This document shows, one piece after another, positions 63,333 through 64,000 of a stretch of DNA of 64,000 nucleotides. Position numbers and translations under genes: made by a program. Each line of letters begins with the position of its first letter. Positions within the stretch are counted from its first letter, which is position 1. This DNA is from Chiloscyllium plagiosum. Lineage: Eukaryota. Location of the stretch: NCBI RefSeq assembly GCF_004010195.1, contig NC_057718.1, positions 33,226,820 to 33,290,819 of the forward strand. Direction: 5' to 3'. The notes under the pieces were generated by a model. The model did not search any database and was not told the DNA's origin. It worked only from the letters and a program-made list of their open reading frames with translations.

Positions 63333-63622
63333 AGATAGTAAGGACTGGAAGTCAAATCGGTAAAATGTGGAGTTGGAAAACACAGCACGTCAGACAGCAT
63401 CAGAGGAGCAGGAAAGTAAACATTTCGGGTCATACCTTTCGCCAGGACATCTTTTGGCTTTGCTTTGTCTGGGTGTGGAGAATACACTAGAGAACATTGA
63501 GAAGGGGTGAAAGTGAGGACTGCAGATGCTGGAGATTAGAGTCGAGAGTGTGGTGCTGGAAAAGCACAGCAGGTCAGGCAGCATCTGAGGAGCAGGAAAA
63601 TTGATGTTTCAGGCAAAAGCTC
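63333..63622 (-). mobile_element. Two tandem family A-related PLE terminal units (about 63333-63448 diverged; 63508-63622 younger)
   Basis: gaaagtgaggactgcagatgctggagattagagtcgagagtgtggtgctggaaaagcacagcaggtcaggcagcatc matches 62086 ff.; hammerhead cores are truncated or decayed. Confidence 0.75.
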
Positions 63623-64000
63623 TGTTCATAGATAACAAGAAGATTTAGTACATGTTAGCAATAAGTACAACTACATTTGGTCACATACAATGACTGGAAC
63701 CTTAGGGAACTGGGCCAAATACATCTGATCCCACTAAAAACTAGAGTAGAACTTGTTCTTTCCACCCACAGACTGTGTGTGGCATTAGTAATATGGGAGG
63801 AGCCAATGTAACATGAACATCATCCCCCTCAGAACTGTTATGCCAAAAAATACCTCATATTCCTTGCAAATTAAGCTGTCATGGTAAAATATTTTTTAAA
63901 AAGTTACTTAAAAATGGGAATGAATCTCTGGAAGTTGGTTCAAATCTATCACTGATTAATGAGAACAAAGACTCATCTGTTTGTTGCAGTCTTCCCCCTA

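Overview
Vertebrate genomic DNA from a cartilaginous fish, most likely a shark: it carries HE1-type V-SINEs, DeuSINEs and CR1 LINEs. The only recognisable host gene is SOCS5, with its whole CDS in one exon (11780-13369, +) and a probably long 3' UTR. Its stop codon sits where other vertebrates have Arg, so the protein is about 7 aa shorter. The rest is intron, UTR or intergenic DNA dense in transposon relics: a Gmr1-type Gypsy (integrase before RT, SCAN-like gag) with a full-length esterase-ORF1 CR1 nested inside; a second, canonical Gypsy; an internally deleted L1; Tigger-like MITEs; and many SINEs. The most interesting signal is a set of short Penelope-like (PLE) insertions from at least three sequence families. 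Most are flanked by 11-15 bp target-site duplications (TSDs) and carry a minimal type I hammerhead ribozyme motif (CUGANGA-stem II-GAAA-palindrome-UH). One copy is physically linked to a PLE endonuclease-region ORF. Also notable are a CpG-rich tandem array of E-box/E2F/ETS/GC-box modules (about 58.0-58.2 kb) and a complex insertion in a Gypsy LTR that captured 93 bp of DNA from 1 kb away. All calls are by eye; repeat boundaries are approximate.
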